A stretch of DNA of 64,000 bases from an uncultured Methanosarcinales archaeon (GCA_964577685.1 CAZNZT010000007.1:1-64000); one strand, 5' to 3'; numbered from the stretch's first letter, positions 9,814 to 19,451 are shown. Made by a program: numbers and translations. The notes: a model not told the origin generated them from the letters alone.

Positions 9814-11222
9814 GTTTTACTTCAGATGTTGTGATTGGATTGGAGATTCATGTTGAACTAGCTACAAGAACAAAGCTATTCTGTGGCTGTTTGAGGGTAG
9901 GCGAAGGCATACCGAACTCTAGGGTATGTCCTGTTTGTTTGGGTCATCCTGGGTCTAAGCCTGTGTTAAATAAGAAAGCCGTTGAATATGCTATAAAGTT
10001 GGCCTTAGCAACTAAGTCAAAGATTTCTAGGGAGTTAGTGTTCTCAAGGAAGTCCTATTTTTACCCAGATATGGCAAAGAATTATCAAATATCCCAGTAT
10101 GAGATTCCTTTAGCGATTGGTGGGAAAATAAAGCTAGAATCTGGTAAGGTTATAGGGCTTGTGAGGATACATCTAGAAGAGGATCCTGCTGCATTAGTGC
10201 ATCCTTCTGGAGTACAACAGAGTAATTTTGTTTTGGTTGATTATAATCGGTCTGGGAACCCATTGGTTGAGATTGTAACAAAGCCAGAGATTACAGCACC
10301 AGAAGAGGCGAGGGATTTTATGAAGCAATTGTTAACTATGCTTGACTATCTTGAGATATTTGATATTAATAGTTGTGTTATTAAGGCTGATGCAAATATA
10401 TCTCTCAGGGATAGCAATTACACTAGGATTGAGATAAAGAACATCACTGGTTTTAAGGACATAGAGAGGGCTTTAAGATACGAAGTTATGAGACAGAAAC
10501 AAGAAATAAGGGATGGTAGAAAAATAAAGCAGGAGACAAGGGCATGGGATTCAAAAAAAGGAGTGACATTTTCCTTGAGGGAAAAAGAAACAGAGGCGGA
10601 TTATGGTTACATAATAGACCCTGATTTGGTTCCAATAGAGATTACAAATGAATGGATTGATGAAATAAAAAAAACAATGCCGGAGCTAGCAGAGGAGAAA
10701 CTTGAGAAGTTTAAACGGGAACATAAGATAGCAGAAGACACAGCGAAGGTTCTTGCTAGGGATAAAGAGTTGGCAGAAATGTTTGAAGCTGTTTCAACAG
10801 CTGTAAATCCGGAACTTGCTGCAAAATGGATTAGGAGAGAACTAGCAAGAGTTTTAAACTATAACAAAAAAAAGCTTTGTGAAACAAAGATTACAGACAA
10901 ACATATTATTGATTTATTGAGGTTACTTGAGAGTAAGGTTATCACAGATAATGTGGCAGGAAAGATATTGGAGAAACTTGTTGAGGAGCCATTTGATGTT
11001 AACGAATATGTTAGGAAAGAAGGTTTGGAGACTGTTTCTAGTATTACTGAGTTGGAAAGGTTGTGCAAGGAAGCTATAAAAGAGGGCGCAAAGGCTGTTG
11101 AGGATTATAAGAAAGGTAATAAGAAGGCCTTGAATTTTGTTGTAGGAATAGTAATGAAAAAAACAAGAGGTAAGGCAAGTCCTAAAGAAGTTAATGAAAT
11201 CCTAAAGAAGTTAATAGGATAA
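9810..11222 (+). CDS. gatB: Asp/Glu-tRNA amidotransferase subunit B
   Basis: IGLEIHVEL, YFYPDMAKNYQISQY, RIHLEED, DYNRSGNPLVEIVT, C-terminal Yqey domain. Confidence 0.97.
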   Translation: MSFTSDVVIGLEIHVELATRTKLFCGCLRVGEGIPNSRVCPVCLGHPGSKPVLNKKAVEYAIKLALATKSKISRELVFSRKSYFYPDMAKNYQISQYEIPLAIGGKIKLESGKVIGLVRIHLEEDPAALVHPSGVQQSNFVLVDYNRSGNPLVEIVTKPEITAPEEARDFMKQLLTMLDYLEIFDINSCVIKADANISLRDSNYTRIEIKNITGFKDIERALRYEVMRQKQEIRDGRKIKQETRAWDSKKGVTFSLREKETEADYGYIIDPDLVPIEITNEWIDEIKKTMPELAEEKLEKFKREHKIAEDTAKVLARDKELAEMFEAVSTAVNPELAAKWIRRELARVLNYNKKKLCETKITDKHIIDLLRLLESKVITDNVAGKILEKLVEEPFDVNEYVRKEGLETVSSITELERLCKEAIKEGAKAVEDYKKGNKKALNFVVGIVMKKTRGKASPKEVNEILKKLIG

Positions 11223-11268
11223 TTTTTTATGAAAAAGTTTATATATAGAAAACTTATAATAATTGTTT

Positions 11269-11391
11269 ATGGATAAGCAAGAGAGAAACCTGCTTATTGT
11301 TATCTTGATTTTGATATTGTTATTTGTCATATTCTTCTCATTTGTTGGGTTGAAATTAGTTAGTGTTGGAAAGGCATTTATTGGAGGTTAA
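11269..11391 (+). CDS. Small single-pass membrane protein (40 aa), not in ORF track
   Basis: MDKQERNLLIVILILILLFVIFFSFVGLKLVSVGKAFIGG*, with a TTTATATA box about 25 nt upstream. Confidence 0.55.
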   Translation: MDKQERNLLIVILILILLFVIFFSFVGLKLVSVGKAFIGG

Positions 11392-12589
11392 ATAGTTTGT
11401 TTAAATCTTCTTTGATTCTTCTTTCAAAATCAGCGAGTTTTTCATCCCCTCTTTCATGGCTTAAAACTCTTATCATTTCTTTTATTAGTGTCTCTTCTTT
11501 TTCTTTGCTAAGCCCTTCTATTTTAATTTGGCCTAGGTGTTCTTTTATTAGCTTGTTTTCTATGTCTTCAATATTCCTTGCATCTATTTTTATCTCCTCA
11601 AATTCTTTACTTAGTAGGGCACTTGTGTTTTTCATAACGAAGTAAGCACTTTTTTCATACAATTTGTTGAATATATCTTTGAAGTTAATTTCATTTGGTT
11701 TTCCACTTGATAACTCTCCTTCAACTCTTATGGTTACTATCGTATCATTGAATTCTTTGTCCTTTATATTTTCAATTATCTCATTATAGATTTGTTCTGG
11801 TGTTTTTTTATTCGCATCTATTGTTATATTGAATGTGTTATAGACCTGGATTGGTTCGTATGTTATCTTGTTTTCATCTACAATGTAGAATCCCCCATTT
11901 CCAAGATTTTCAAGTTCTTTGAAATTGTTTGGGAATAATGGGCCAGGGTAAGCGATTATCCCATAGCCTTCTATTCTTTTGTTTAGTATTATATGTGGAT
12001 GGCCGCCTGCATAATAGTTAAAATTTTTTGGAAGTAGGCTTAGTGGTTGTGAATCAGCTTGCTCAAGTTCCTTTGGTTTGAGTTCACTCAAAAGGGAATG
12101 AAATAAAAATATCTTGTAGCCATTTTCTTTTTCTAATTCTTCTCTTATAAGCTCTTCATAGTAGCTTTTTTCTAGACCCCTCCTTCTTCCTATTAATCCC
12201 GTTATTTTTGCATTCGTTTTTTTGTCAATCGTGAACTCTAGTTTTAGCTTTCCATCTATTTCTTTTCCTTTTGCAACATTTATGAGAAGTCCAGCGTTTT
12301 CTAATACATCTAACATTGTTTTGCCAGAAGGACTGAAGTCATGCGAACCAGCAATAGCATATACTCCTATTCCTTTGTCTCTTAGCTCTTTCAACTTCTT
12401 TACAGCAATCTTTAGGCTATCAATAGATGGGAGTGATGTATTAAAAAGGTCTCCTGCTATTAGTATAAAATCTACATTTTTTTCTATTGACAGGTCTATC
12501 GCTTTTTCAAATGCCTTTGCTGATATTGTTCTTAGTTTTGGCTCTCTCCAGCTTCCTATATGGCAATCTGCCAAATGTGCGAACTTCAT
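11378..12589 (-). CDS. mre11: Mre11/SbcD-family DNA repair nuclease
   Basis: Metallophosphoesterase motifs DCHIG, AGDLF, GSHD, FH, GGHPH, YPG. Confidence 0.88.
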   Translation of the reverse strand: MKFAHLADCHIGSWREPKLRTISAKAFEKAIDLSIEKNVDFILIAGDLFNTSLPSIDSLKIAVKKLKELRDKGIGVYAIAGSHDFSPSGKTMLDVLENAGLLINVAKGKEIDGKLKLEFTIDKKTNAKITGLIGRRRGLEKSYYEELIREELEKENGYKIFLFHSLLSELKPKELEQADSQPLSLLPKNFNYYAGGHPHIILNKRIEGYGIIAYPGPLFPNNFKELENLGNGGFYIVDENKITYEPIQVYNTFNITIDANKKTPEQIYNEIIENIKDKEFNDTIVTIRVEGELSSGKPNEINFKDIFNKLYEKSAYFVMKNTSALLSKEFEEIKIDARNIEDIENKLIKEHLGQIKIEGLSKEKEETLIKEMIRVLSHERGDEKLADFERRIKEDLNKLFNLQ

Positions 12590-12716
12590 AATTTAGATTA
12601 GAATTTCTTTCTTTTTTAAATGGTTTGTGTTTTTTATTTTTGATATAGTTGTCAAGCTATCTTGTGTATCTGTTTTATATATCATATAAACTAAAGAACC
12701 TGAAGAACGAATGATT

Positions 12717-13922
12717 CTAGCTTTTTAGCCATCTGATTTCTTCACTGCCTAGGTTCAGGTATTCTGCTATTTTTTTAGCCATGTCTTTATTTTTTTTGAA
12801 TATAACCCTAAAGAATTCAATATCTTTTATTATTTCTTTTGTTGATGCATGTATCTTTGCTGCTATCTTTTCTGCTATTGCCTTTTTTTTCATATTTTTT
12901 TGTTTTGCCCACCACATCTTCAGTATCCTACTTGTTGGCTTGTATTGCACAAGTTTATGGTATTTCTCATCTTTTGAGACAGCTATTCCTGCTGTGATTA
13001 GAGCATTTATGTAAACAAGGAATCTCCAGTATTGCCACCTTTTTATGCGTCCACTAAAGATATCAGCCTTGCTTAACTTGTCATAAGCCCTTGCTAGGTC
13101 TTTTGGTTTTTCATATTCATAAGGCAGGTTTTCATCTATCCACAATATTTGTTTATCTATATCTTCTTTTACATTGTCAAACGCTGTTATGGCTATCTTT
13201 GGGTCTGTTGTTTTGAATATTCTTATTAATGCATTTATTATGGACCTTTCTTTGTCCCTGTCTGTTATTTCCTTTAAGGTTTCTTTTGTTATTTTTTTAT
13301 CTTTTCCTATGAGGGTTTGTAGGTTATTTATTGCTGCTCTACAGTCTCCTTCAGACCTTCTTGCTAATGCTTTTAGTGCGTCTAATTCATATTCTATGTT
13401 TTCTTTTTGGCATATTCTCTTTAGTATTGTTGTAATGTCAAGATAGCTTAAGCTTCTCAGTTCTACTAGCTTACATCTTTTTCTTAATGTGTTAAATTTT
13501 GAATCCCATGGATCTGTTGCTGTTAGTATGATAGGATATTGGGTTTTGTCAATCAGTTTTGTTAGTGCTTGTATTCCTCCCCTGTCTTCCTTTCCAGATA
13601 GACCGTCTATTTCATCTATGAGAATTAGTTTTCCTTTTGAGAATAGTGATTGCTGATTAATAGCTGAACCTACTTTTTTTTCTATCTGCTCTGCGTTTCT
13701 GAAGTCTGAGGCATTTACTTCAAGAATTTCAAGTTTGAATTCATTTGCGATAGCATGGGCTATACTCGTCTTGCCAGTTCCAGGAGGACCATATATCAAT
13801 AGTGCTTTCTTTTTTTCTTTTTTTATATTAGAAACAAAGTTCTCTATTTCTTTTATTGCACTGTCTTGTCCTTTTATTTCTTCTAGTGTCTTTGGAGCAT
13901 ATTTTTTTGTAAATGGTATCAT
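12717..13922 (-). CDS. rfcL: Replication factor C large subunit
   Basis: KYAPK, GPPGTGKT, EVNASDFR, IDEIDG, GDCRAAIN, WIDEN...ADIF..RI.RWQYWR. Confidence 0.95.
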   Translation of the reverse strand: MIPFTKKYAPKTLEEIKGQDSAIKEIENFVSNIKKEKKKALLIYGPPGTGKTSIAHAIANEFKLEILEVNASDFRNAEQIEKKVGSAINQQSLFSKGKLILIDEIDGLSGKEDRGGIQALTKLIDKTQYPIILTATDPWDSKFNTLRKRCKLVELRSLSYLDITTILKRICQKENIEYELDALKALARRSEGDCRAAINNLQTLIGKDKKITKETLKEITDRDKERSIINALIRIFKTTDPKIAITAFDNVKEDIDKQILWIDENLPYEYEKPKDLARAYDKLSKADIFSGRIKRWQYWRFLVYINALITAGIAVSKDEKYHKLVQYKPTSRILKMWWAKQKNMKKKAIAEKIAAKIHASTKEIIKDIEFFRVIFKKNKDMAKKIAEYLNLGSEEIRWLKS

Positions 13923-13987
13923 CCTATTTTTTTGTTCTTTTATCCTTATTAAAGTTTTCCATAAGATTTAAATAAATTTCTTTACTC

Positions 13988-16417
13988 TTGTGCCTTATGC
14001 GATTGCCAAAGAAATATAATGCAAAGGAATCTGAATCAAAGTGGCAGGATTTTTGGGAAAAGCAAGGAATCTATCGGTTCAATCCAGAGAGCAAAGCAGA
14101 GGTTTATTCAGTAGATACTCCACCTCCAACTGTTTCTGGGAAGATGCATTTAGGGCATGCCTTTAGTTATTCTCAGCAAGATATAATAGTTAGGTTTCAT
14201 AGAATGCTAGGTAAGAATGTTTTTTATCCTTTTGGCACAGATGACAATGGAATACCAACAGAAAGATTAGTAGAGTCTATTAAGAATGTTAAGGCTAAAG
14301 ACATGTCAAGAGAGGAGTTTATTAAGCTCTGCTTAGATACATTAGAAAAAGATTTAAGGCCAAGATATATTAAGGATTGGAAGAGGATAGGTATGAGTTG
14401 TGACTGGAGCATATTTTATACAACAATTGATAAACATTGCCAGAGAATATCTCAAAGAAGCTTTATTGAACTCTTTAAGATGGGTAGGGCTTATAGGAAA
14501 GAGGCACCTGCCATGTGGTGTCCAGAGTGCCAGACAGGTATATCCCAAGTTGAATGTCAGGACAAAATCTTGGATTCGTATTTTAGTGATATAGTGTTCA
14601 AGGTAGATGGGGAAGACCTTATTATTGCGACAACTAGGCCGGAGCTTTTGCCTGCTTGTGTTGCTGTTTTTTACCATCCTGATGATAAGAGGTATAAGAA
14701 ATACAAGGGTAAGAAGGCTAAAGTGCCTTTGTTTGATTTTGAGGTTCCGATTATACCTGATGAGAGAGCAGACCCAGAGAAAGGGACGGGTATAGTGATG
14801 TGTTGTACCTTTGGTGACCAGACAGATATGGAATGGCAGAAATCACATAACCTTCCTATAAAAGAAGCAATAAGTAGGGATGGTAGGATGACAAAGATTG
14901 CTGGTAAATATGAAGGAATGCTAATAAAGGAAGCAAGGAAGAAGATTTTGGAGGATCTAAAAAAGGCTGGTTTATGCTTGTCACAGAAGAAAATAAGGCA
15001 TGCTGTTAATGTTCATGAGAGATGTGGAACAGAAATTGAATTTATTCATTCTAAACAGTGGTTTATAAGGTATCTTGATTTGAAGGATGATATGCTTAAA
15101 TGGGGAGCTGAACTTAAATGGTATCCAGAGCATATGAAGAGCAGATACGATCATTGGGTTAAGGGATTGCAATGGGATTGGTTAATATCTAGGCAGCGTT
15201 ATTTTGGTGTACCTTTTCCTGTTTGGTATTGTAAAAATTGTGAGGAGATTATTTTAGCTAATGAAGAAGACCTTCCTGTTGATCCTCTGAAGGATAAACC
15301 TCCAGTGAAGAAGTGTCCAAGATGTAAATCAGAAGAGTTTATTCCAGAAAAGGATGTGTTAGATACATGGGCTACTTCCTCTCTAACACCTAGGCTAGCT
15401 ATTGAGTTGTTTAGGGATAAGCCAATCTTTAAGAAGCTATATCCAATGTCTCTTAGGCCACAGGCTCATGATATTATAACCTTCTGGTTATTTAATACCT
15501 TGGTGAAGTCCCATTTACATTATAAGATGAAACCTTGGCAGGATGTTGTTATCTCTGGACATGCATTAGATCCACATGGTAGGAAGATGAGTAAAAGCAA
15601 AGGTAATGTTATTGAACCACAGGATGTGATAGATAAATATTCTGCGGATTGTTTGAGATTTTGGGCATCTGGCAGTAAGCTTGGAGAAGATTTACCCTAT
15701 CTTGAAAAAGATCTGATAACAGGACAGAAATTTATAACAAAGTTATGGAATGCTTCAAGATTTGCACTAATGCATTTAGAAGATTATAAAGGAGAAAAAC
15801 CAAGGAAATTAGAAATAATTGATAGATGGATATTATCAAAATTGAACAAGGTGATAATTGATACTACTAACTACTTTATGAAGTATGAATATAGCAGAGC
15901 CAAGGCAGAGGTTGAAAATTTCTTTTGGCATGTTTTTTGCGATAATTATTTAGAAATAATAAAGGACAGGTTATATAATCCCGATAGGAGGGGCAAAGAA
16001 GCAAGATTGAGCGCTCAATATGGCTTGTATAGAACCCTTCTGTCAATATTGAAAATGATGGCTCCTGTTTTGCCTTATGTGACAGAGGAGATATATCAGC
16101 ATTATTTTAAGGAACATGAAAAAGCAAGTAGCATACATATCTCTTTGTGGCCAAAGGCGGAAAGTATTGATAACGAGGCTGAGAGGGTTGGGGACCTTGT
16201 GGTTTATGTACTACAAAATGCAAGAAGAGCAAAAACAGAAAAAAATCTTTCTTTAAAGACAAGATTGAAGTGTATGGTTATTAAAGGAAAGATTACAAAA
16301 GAAGAATTTGAACTTGTTAAGGAAGATATTGTTAATTCTGCGAGGGTTGAAAGTATCAGGTATGAATTGTTGCCTAGGGATTCAAAGATTGACTATGAGG
16401 TTAGTATCACTATGTGA
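13988..16417 (+). CDS. valS: Valyl-tRNA synthetase, archaeal type; likely start ATG 13997
   Basis: DTPPPTVSG, HLGH, ATTRPE, GTGIVMCCTFGD, WLISRQRYFG, KMSKS. Confidence 0.97.
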   Translation: MCLMRLPKKYNAKESESKWQDFWEKQGIYRFNPESKAEVYSVDTPPPTVSGKMHLGHAFSYSQQDIIVRFHRMLGKNVFYPFGTDDNGIPTERLVESIKNVKAKDMSREEFIKLCLDTLEKDLRPRYIKDWKRIGMSCDWSIFYTTIDKHCQRISQRSFIELFKMGRAYRKEAPAMWCPECQTGISQVECQDKILDSYFSDIVFKVDGEDLIIATTRPELLPACVAVFYHPDDKRYKKYKGKKAKVPLFDFEVPIIPDERADPEKGTGIVMCCTFGDQTDMEWQKSHNLPIKEAISRDGRMTKIAGKYEGMLIKEARKKILEDLKKAGLCLSQKKIRHAVNVHERCGTEIEFIHSKQWFIRYLDLKDDMLKWGAELKWYPEHMKSRYDHWVKGLQWDWLISRQRYFGVPFPVWYCKNCEEIILANEEDLPVDPLKDKPPVKKCPRCKSEEFIPEKDVLDTWATSSLTPRLAIELFRDKPIFKKLYPMSLRPQAHDIITFWLFNTLVKSHLHYKMKPWQDVVISGHALDPHGRKMSKSKGNVIEPQDVIDKYSADCLRFWASGSKLGEDLPYLEKDLITGQKFITKLWNASRFALMHLEDYKGEKPRKLEIIDRWILSKLNKVIIDTTNYFMKYEYSRAKAEVENFFWHVFCDNYLEIIKDRLYNPDRRGKEARLSAQYGLYRTLLSILKMMAPVLPYVTEEIYQHYFKEHEKASSIHISLWPKAESIDNEAERVGDLVVYVLQNARRAKTEKNLSLKTRLKCMVIKGKITKEEFELVKEDIVNSARVESIRYELLPRDSKIDYEVSITM

Positions 16418-16723
16418 TTATGCTTTTGGTGCTTCTGATGGAAAGTATATCTCAACTAAACTAGTTTGTGGTCCTCGGTAGTGAAGTTCTTTTAATTCTT
16501 GTGCTTGCCAGCTGTTGCCATCATATTGTTCTAGTATAGCTTTTAATGCATCTGTCTGTTCTTTAGTGCCATGGTCTCTTATTCTTCTGATTAAGTTATC
16601 TGCTTCTTGTGGTGCTGGTATCTGTCCATGTTTTCCTACATTAGCACCAAAATATTTCATTATTGTATCTAGATGTCTTACTATTCCTACTATGTTTACT
16701 TCTCCTATTTCATGGATTTGCAT
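16418..16723 (-). CDS. Hypothetical protein (101 aa)
   Basis: Fills the gap after valS and has a TATA-like TTTAAATA upstream. No recognised motif. Confidence 0.55.
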   Translation of the reverse strand: MQIHEIGEVNIVGIVRHLDTIMKYFGANVGKHGQIPAPQEADNLIRRIRDHGTKEQTDALKAILEQYDGNSWQAQELKELHYRGPQTSLVEIYFPSEAPKA

Positions 16724-16830
16724 TTTTATAGTAGGAAGATAGAAATCTATATTTAAATTTTTCTTGTTTTTATATAATCTCTATAAATTATATAGATAGT
16801 GTAGATAACCCCTTTTACAAAGGAAAAGTT

Positions 16831-18225
16831 CTATTCTTTTGATTTCCTCCATATCGTTCCTTCTTTTGTGTCAATAAGCTCTATGCCTTTTTTTCTTAGT
16901 TCTTCTCTGATTTTATCTGCCTTTTCCCAATCTTTGTTTTTTCTTGCTTTATTTCTTTCTTTGATTAGTTTTTTTATTTCTTCTGGAATATCTTCTTTTT
17001 CATTGAAGTCTATTATCCCAAGAACTTTATTGAACTCTTTCATTAACCTAATTGCTTTGTTAGCCTCTTTTTTCGTTAGTTTTAGTTTGTTTATATCTTT
17101 AATGAAATCAAAGATTATTGCTAATGCCTCTGAGATGTTTAGGTCATCATCCATCTTTTCCTCAAATGCAGCCCTTGTTTCGTTTAACAGTTCATCAATA
17201 TTTATTTCTCTTTCTCCATTCATTGTTTTTAAAAGAAAGATGAAATTGTTTAGTTTATCAATTGTATTTTTTGCTGCCTTTAGACTTTCAAATGTAAAGT
17301 TAAGTTTCGTCCTGTAGTGAGTGCTTAATAGAAGATACCTTATGGCCATTGGGTCATATCCCGTCTTTAACAAATCCCTTAAGGTATAAAAGTTGCCTAA
17401 GGACTTGCTCATTTTTTTTCCATTTACGATAAGGTGTTCATTATGTATCCAATAATTAACAAATTTTTTACCAGAGTAGGCTTCGCTTTGGGCGATTTCA
17501 TTTTCGTGATGTGGAAATATAAGATCCACGCCACCACAGTGAATATCAAATGTCTGGCCTAGATATTTCATTGACATCACAGAACATTCTAGGTGCCAGC
17601 CAGGTCTCACTTTACCGAACTCAGTGTCATAGTAAATTCCTCTTTTTATTTCATCTAGTTTACTTCTTTTTAATAAAGTGAAATCTCCTGGATTCTCTTT
17701 TTCATACTCATCTAAGTCAACTCTTGCACCAGCTTTCATTTGTGATAAGTCAACTTTTGATAATTTGCCGTAGTCCTTAAATTTCTTAATAGAAAAATAA
17801 ACAGAGCCAAGTTTTTCATACGCATATCCTTTTTTTATTAGTACCTTTGTGAATTCTATCATGTCTCTTACATGCTCTGTTGCTTTTGGGTAAATATCTG
17901 CTTTCTTTATATTTAGGGTTTCTATGTCTTTAAAGAATTCCTTTGTGTATTTTTCCGTAAATTCCTTTAGGGTTACGCCTTCTTTTGCAGAGTTCCTGAT
18001 TGTTTTGTCGTCAATATCTGTTATGTTCATTACATGTTTAACTTTGTAACCTTTATATTCAAGGTATCTCTTTAATAGGTCTACAAAAACATAATTTCTA
18101 AAATTTCCTATATGTGCGAAATCATAAACTGTTGGTCCACAGCTATACATACTTACTTCTGACTTTTTTATCGGTTTAAAGATTTCCTTCTTTCTTGTAA
18201 GTGTGTTGTATAGTTTTATCATCAT
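16831..18225 (-). CDS. cysS: Cysteinyl-tRNA synthetase
   Basis: YSCGPTVYDFAHIGN, MNITDIDDK, RPGWHLECS, GGVDLIFPHHENE, KMSKS. Confidence 0.97.
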   Translation of the reverse strand: MMIKLYNTLTRKKEIFKPIKKSEVSMYSCGPTVYDFAHIGNFRNYVFVDLLKRYLEYKGYKVKHVMNITDIDDKTIRNSAKEGVTLKEFTEKYTKEFFKDIETLNIKKADIYPKATEHVRDMIEFTKVLIKKGYAYEKLGSVYFSIKKFKDYGKLSKVDLSQMKAGARVDLDEYEKENPGDFTLLKRSKLDEIKRGIYYDTEFGKVRPGWHLECSVMSMKYLGQTFDIHCGGVDLIFPHHENEIAQSEAYSGKKFVNYWIHNEHLIVNGKKMSKSLGNFYTLRDLLKTGYDPMAIRYLLLSTHYRTKLNFTFESLKAAKNTIDKLNNFIFLLKTMNGEREINIDELLNETRAAFEEKMDDDLNISEALAIIFDFIKDINKLKLTKKEANKAIRLMKEFNKVLGIIDFNEKEDIPEEIKKLIKERNKARKNKDWEKADKIREELRKKGIELIDTKEGTIWRKSKE

Positions 18226-18228
18226 TCT

Positions 18229-19119
18229 TTAGTCAAATAAGGGTGTACTTAAATATTTTTCTCCACCATCTGGAAGCAAGACAACGATTAGGCCATTATT
18301 TAGCTTTTCTGCTTTCTTTAGTGCTACAAACATTGCTGCTCCGGAAGACATTCCACAGAAGATTCCTTCTTTCTTTGCTATAATCCTTGCTGTTTCATAT
18401 GCATCTTTGTCATTTATGTTTATTTTTTCGTCAAGCCTTTTCTTTTCATATATTCCTGGTTTATAGGCTTCTTTCATATTTTTTAACCCCTGTATTTTAT
18501 GGCCTAGGTTTGGTTCAACACCAATTATTTTAATATCTCTGTTGTATTCTTTTAGTTTTCTAGATACCCCCATTAGTGTTCCTGTGGTTCCCATTCCTGC
18601 AATGAACATAGTTATTTTTCCTTTTGTTTGCTTCCATATTTCTTCTGCTGTTCCATAGTAATGTGCCTTCCAATTATTTTCATTGTTAAATTGGTCTGGC
18701 ATGAAGTATTTTTCAGGATTATTTCTTGCTAGTTCATATGCTTCTTCTATTGCTCCGTCTGTTCCTTTTTTTGGGTCAGTTAGTAATATTTCTGCTCCGT
18801 ATGCTTTTAGTATCTTTCTTCTTTCAATACTTACTGACTCTGGCATAACTAATAATGTTTTGTAGCCCTTTACTGCTGCAATCATCGCTAAGCCAATTCC
18901 TGTATTTCCACTTGTTGGCTCTAGGATTATTTTGTTTTTTGTTAGCTCTCCTGATTTTTCTGCCGCCTCAATCATAGTTAGTGCTGGTCTATCTTTTACA
19001 GAACCACCTGGGTTAAAACCCTCAAGTTTTGCATAAACCTCTACTTTTTTATTTTTGTTTAGCTTGTTAATTCTTACAAGGGGTGTATTTCCAATCAGTT
19101 TTAATATGTCTTCCTTCAT
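18229..19119 (-). CDS. cysM: PLP-dependent cysteine synthase (CysM/CysK family)
   Basis: IGNTPLV, KLEGFNPGGSVKDR, TSGNTGIGLA, GMGTTGT, PDGGEKYLS. Confidence 0.92.
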   Translation of the reverse strand: MKEDILKLIGNTPLVRINKLNKNKKVEVYAKLEGFNPGGSVKDRPALTMIEAAEKSGELTKNKIILEPTSGNTGIGLAMIAAVKGYKTLLVMPESVSIERRKILKAYGAEILLTDPKKGTDGAIEEAYELARNNPEKYFMPDQFNNENNWKAHYYGTAEEIWKQTKGKITMFIAGMGTTGTLMGVSRKLKEYNRDIKIIGVEPNLGHKIQGLKNMKEAYKPGIYEKKRLDEKININDKDAYETARIIAKKEGIFCGMSSGAAMFVALKKAEKLNNGLIVVLLPDGGEKYLSTPLFD

Positions 19120-19147
19120 TTTAAGAACCTCTTGGTTAGAATTAAAT

Positions 19148-19225
19148 TTAACAACAACAGAAACAGCTATAGGAAACTAGTTTTTTTGTTATATTCTTTT
19201 TGTTGATTTCTCTATTTCTTTTCAT
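19148..19225 (-). CDS. Putative poly-Cys leader peptide MKRNREINKKNITKKLVSYSCFCCC (25 aa), not in ORF track
   Basis: ATG at 19225 and ...TGT TTC TGT TGT TGT TAA, ending 28 nt before the cysM ATG. TATA box about 25 nt upstream of the ATG. Confidence 0.7.
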   Translation of the reverse strand: MKRNREINKKNITKKLVSYSCFCCC

Positions 19226-19246
19226 TTTTATTTATTTATTTTTATT

Positions 19247-19255
19247 TATTTAAAA
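19247..19255 (-). promoter_or_regulatory. TATA box TTTTAAATA for a probably leaderless leader-cysM-cysS transcript
   Basis: Matches archaeal TTTAWATA and is centred about 26 nt upstream of ATG 19225. Confidence 0.5.
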
Positions 19256-19256
19256 G

Positions 19257-19381
19257 AGCGGGGGGAGGGACTTGAACCCCCGAATAATCGGTGTCAACAT
19301 CTCATTGCAAAAAGCTCGTAACACCATTTTTTCAGAGCAAAGCTCTGCAGCCGATCGCCTTAGCCGCTTGGCTACCCCCGC
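19257..19381 (-). tRNA. tRNA-Cys(GCA) with 52-nt intron at canonical 37/38 position (intron 19293..19344)
   Basis: Acceptor stem GCGGGGG/CCCCCGC, discriminator U73, anticodon arm ATCGG-CTGCAG^A-CCGAT, T arm GGGGG-TTCAAGT-CCCTC. No encoded CCA. Confidence 0.93.
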
Positions 19382-19418
19382 CTTTGTTTTTGAGGTTTAA
19401 TCAAAGAGTAGCTCCCAT

Positions 19419-19430
19419 ATATTTAAATAT
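19419..19430. promoter_or_regulatory. Palindromic TATA (ATATTTAAATAT), likely bidirectional promoter for tRNA-Cys and the UPF0280 gene
   Basis: Perfect palindrome between divergent starts 19381 (minus) and 19452 (plus). Confidence 0.5.
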
Positions 19431-19451
19431 TTTTATTGTTTCAATTATTTT

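Noticed and set aside
12593..12685. 30-aa minus-strand sORF between rfcL and mre11
   Set aside because: No features, and it overlaps the probable mre11 promoter; likely chance.
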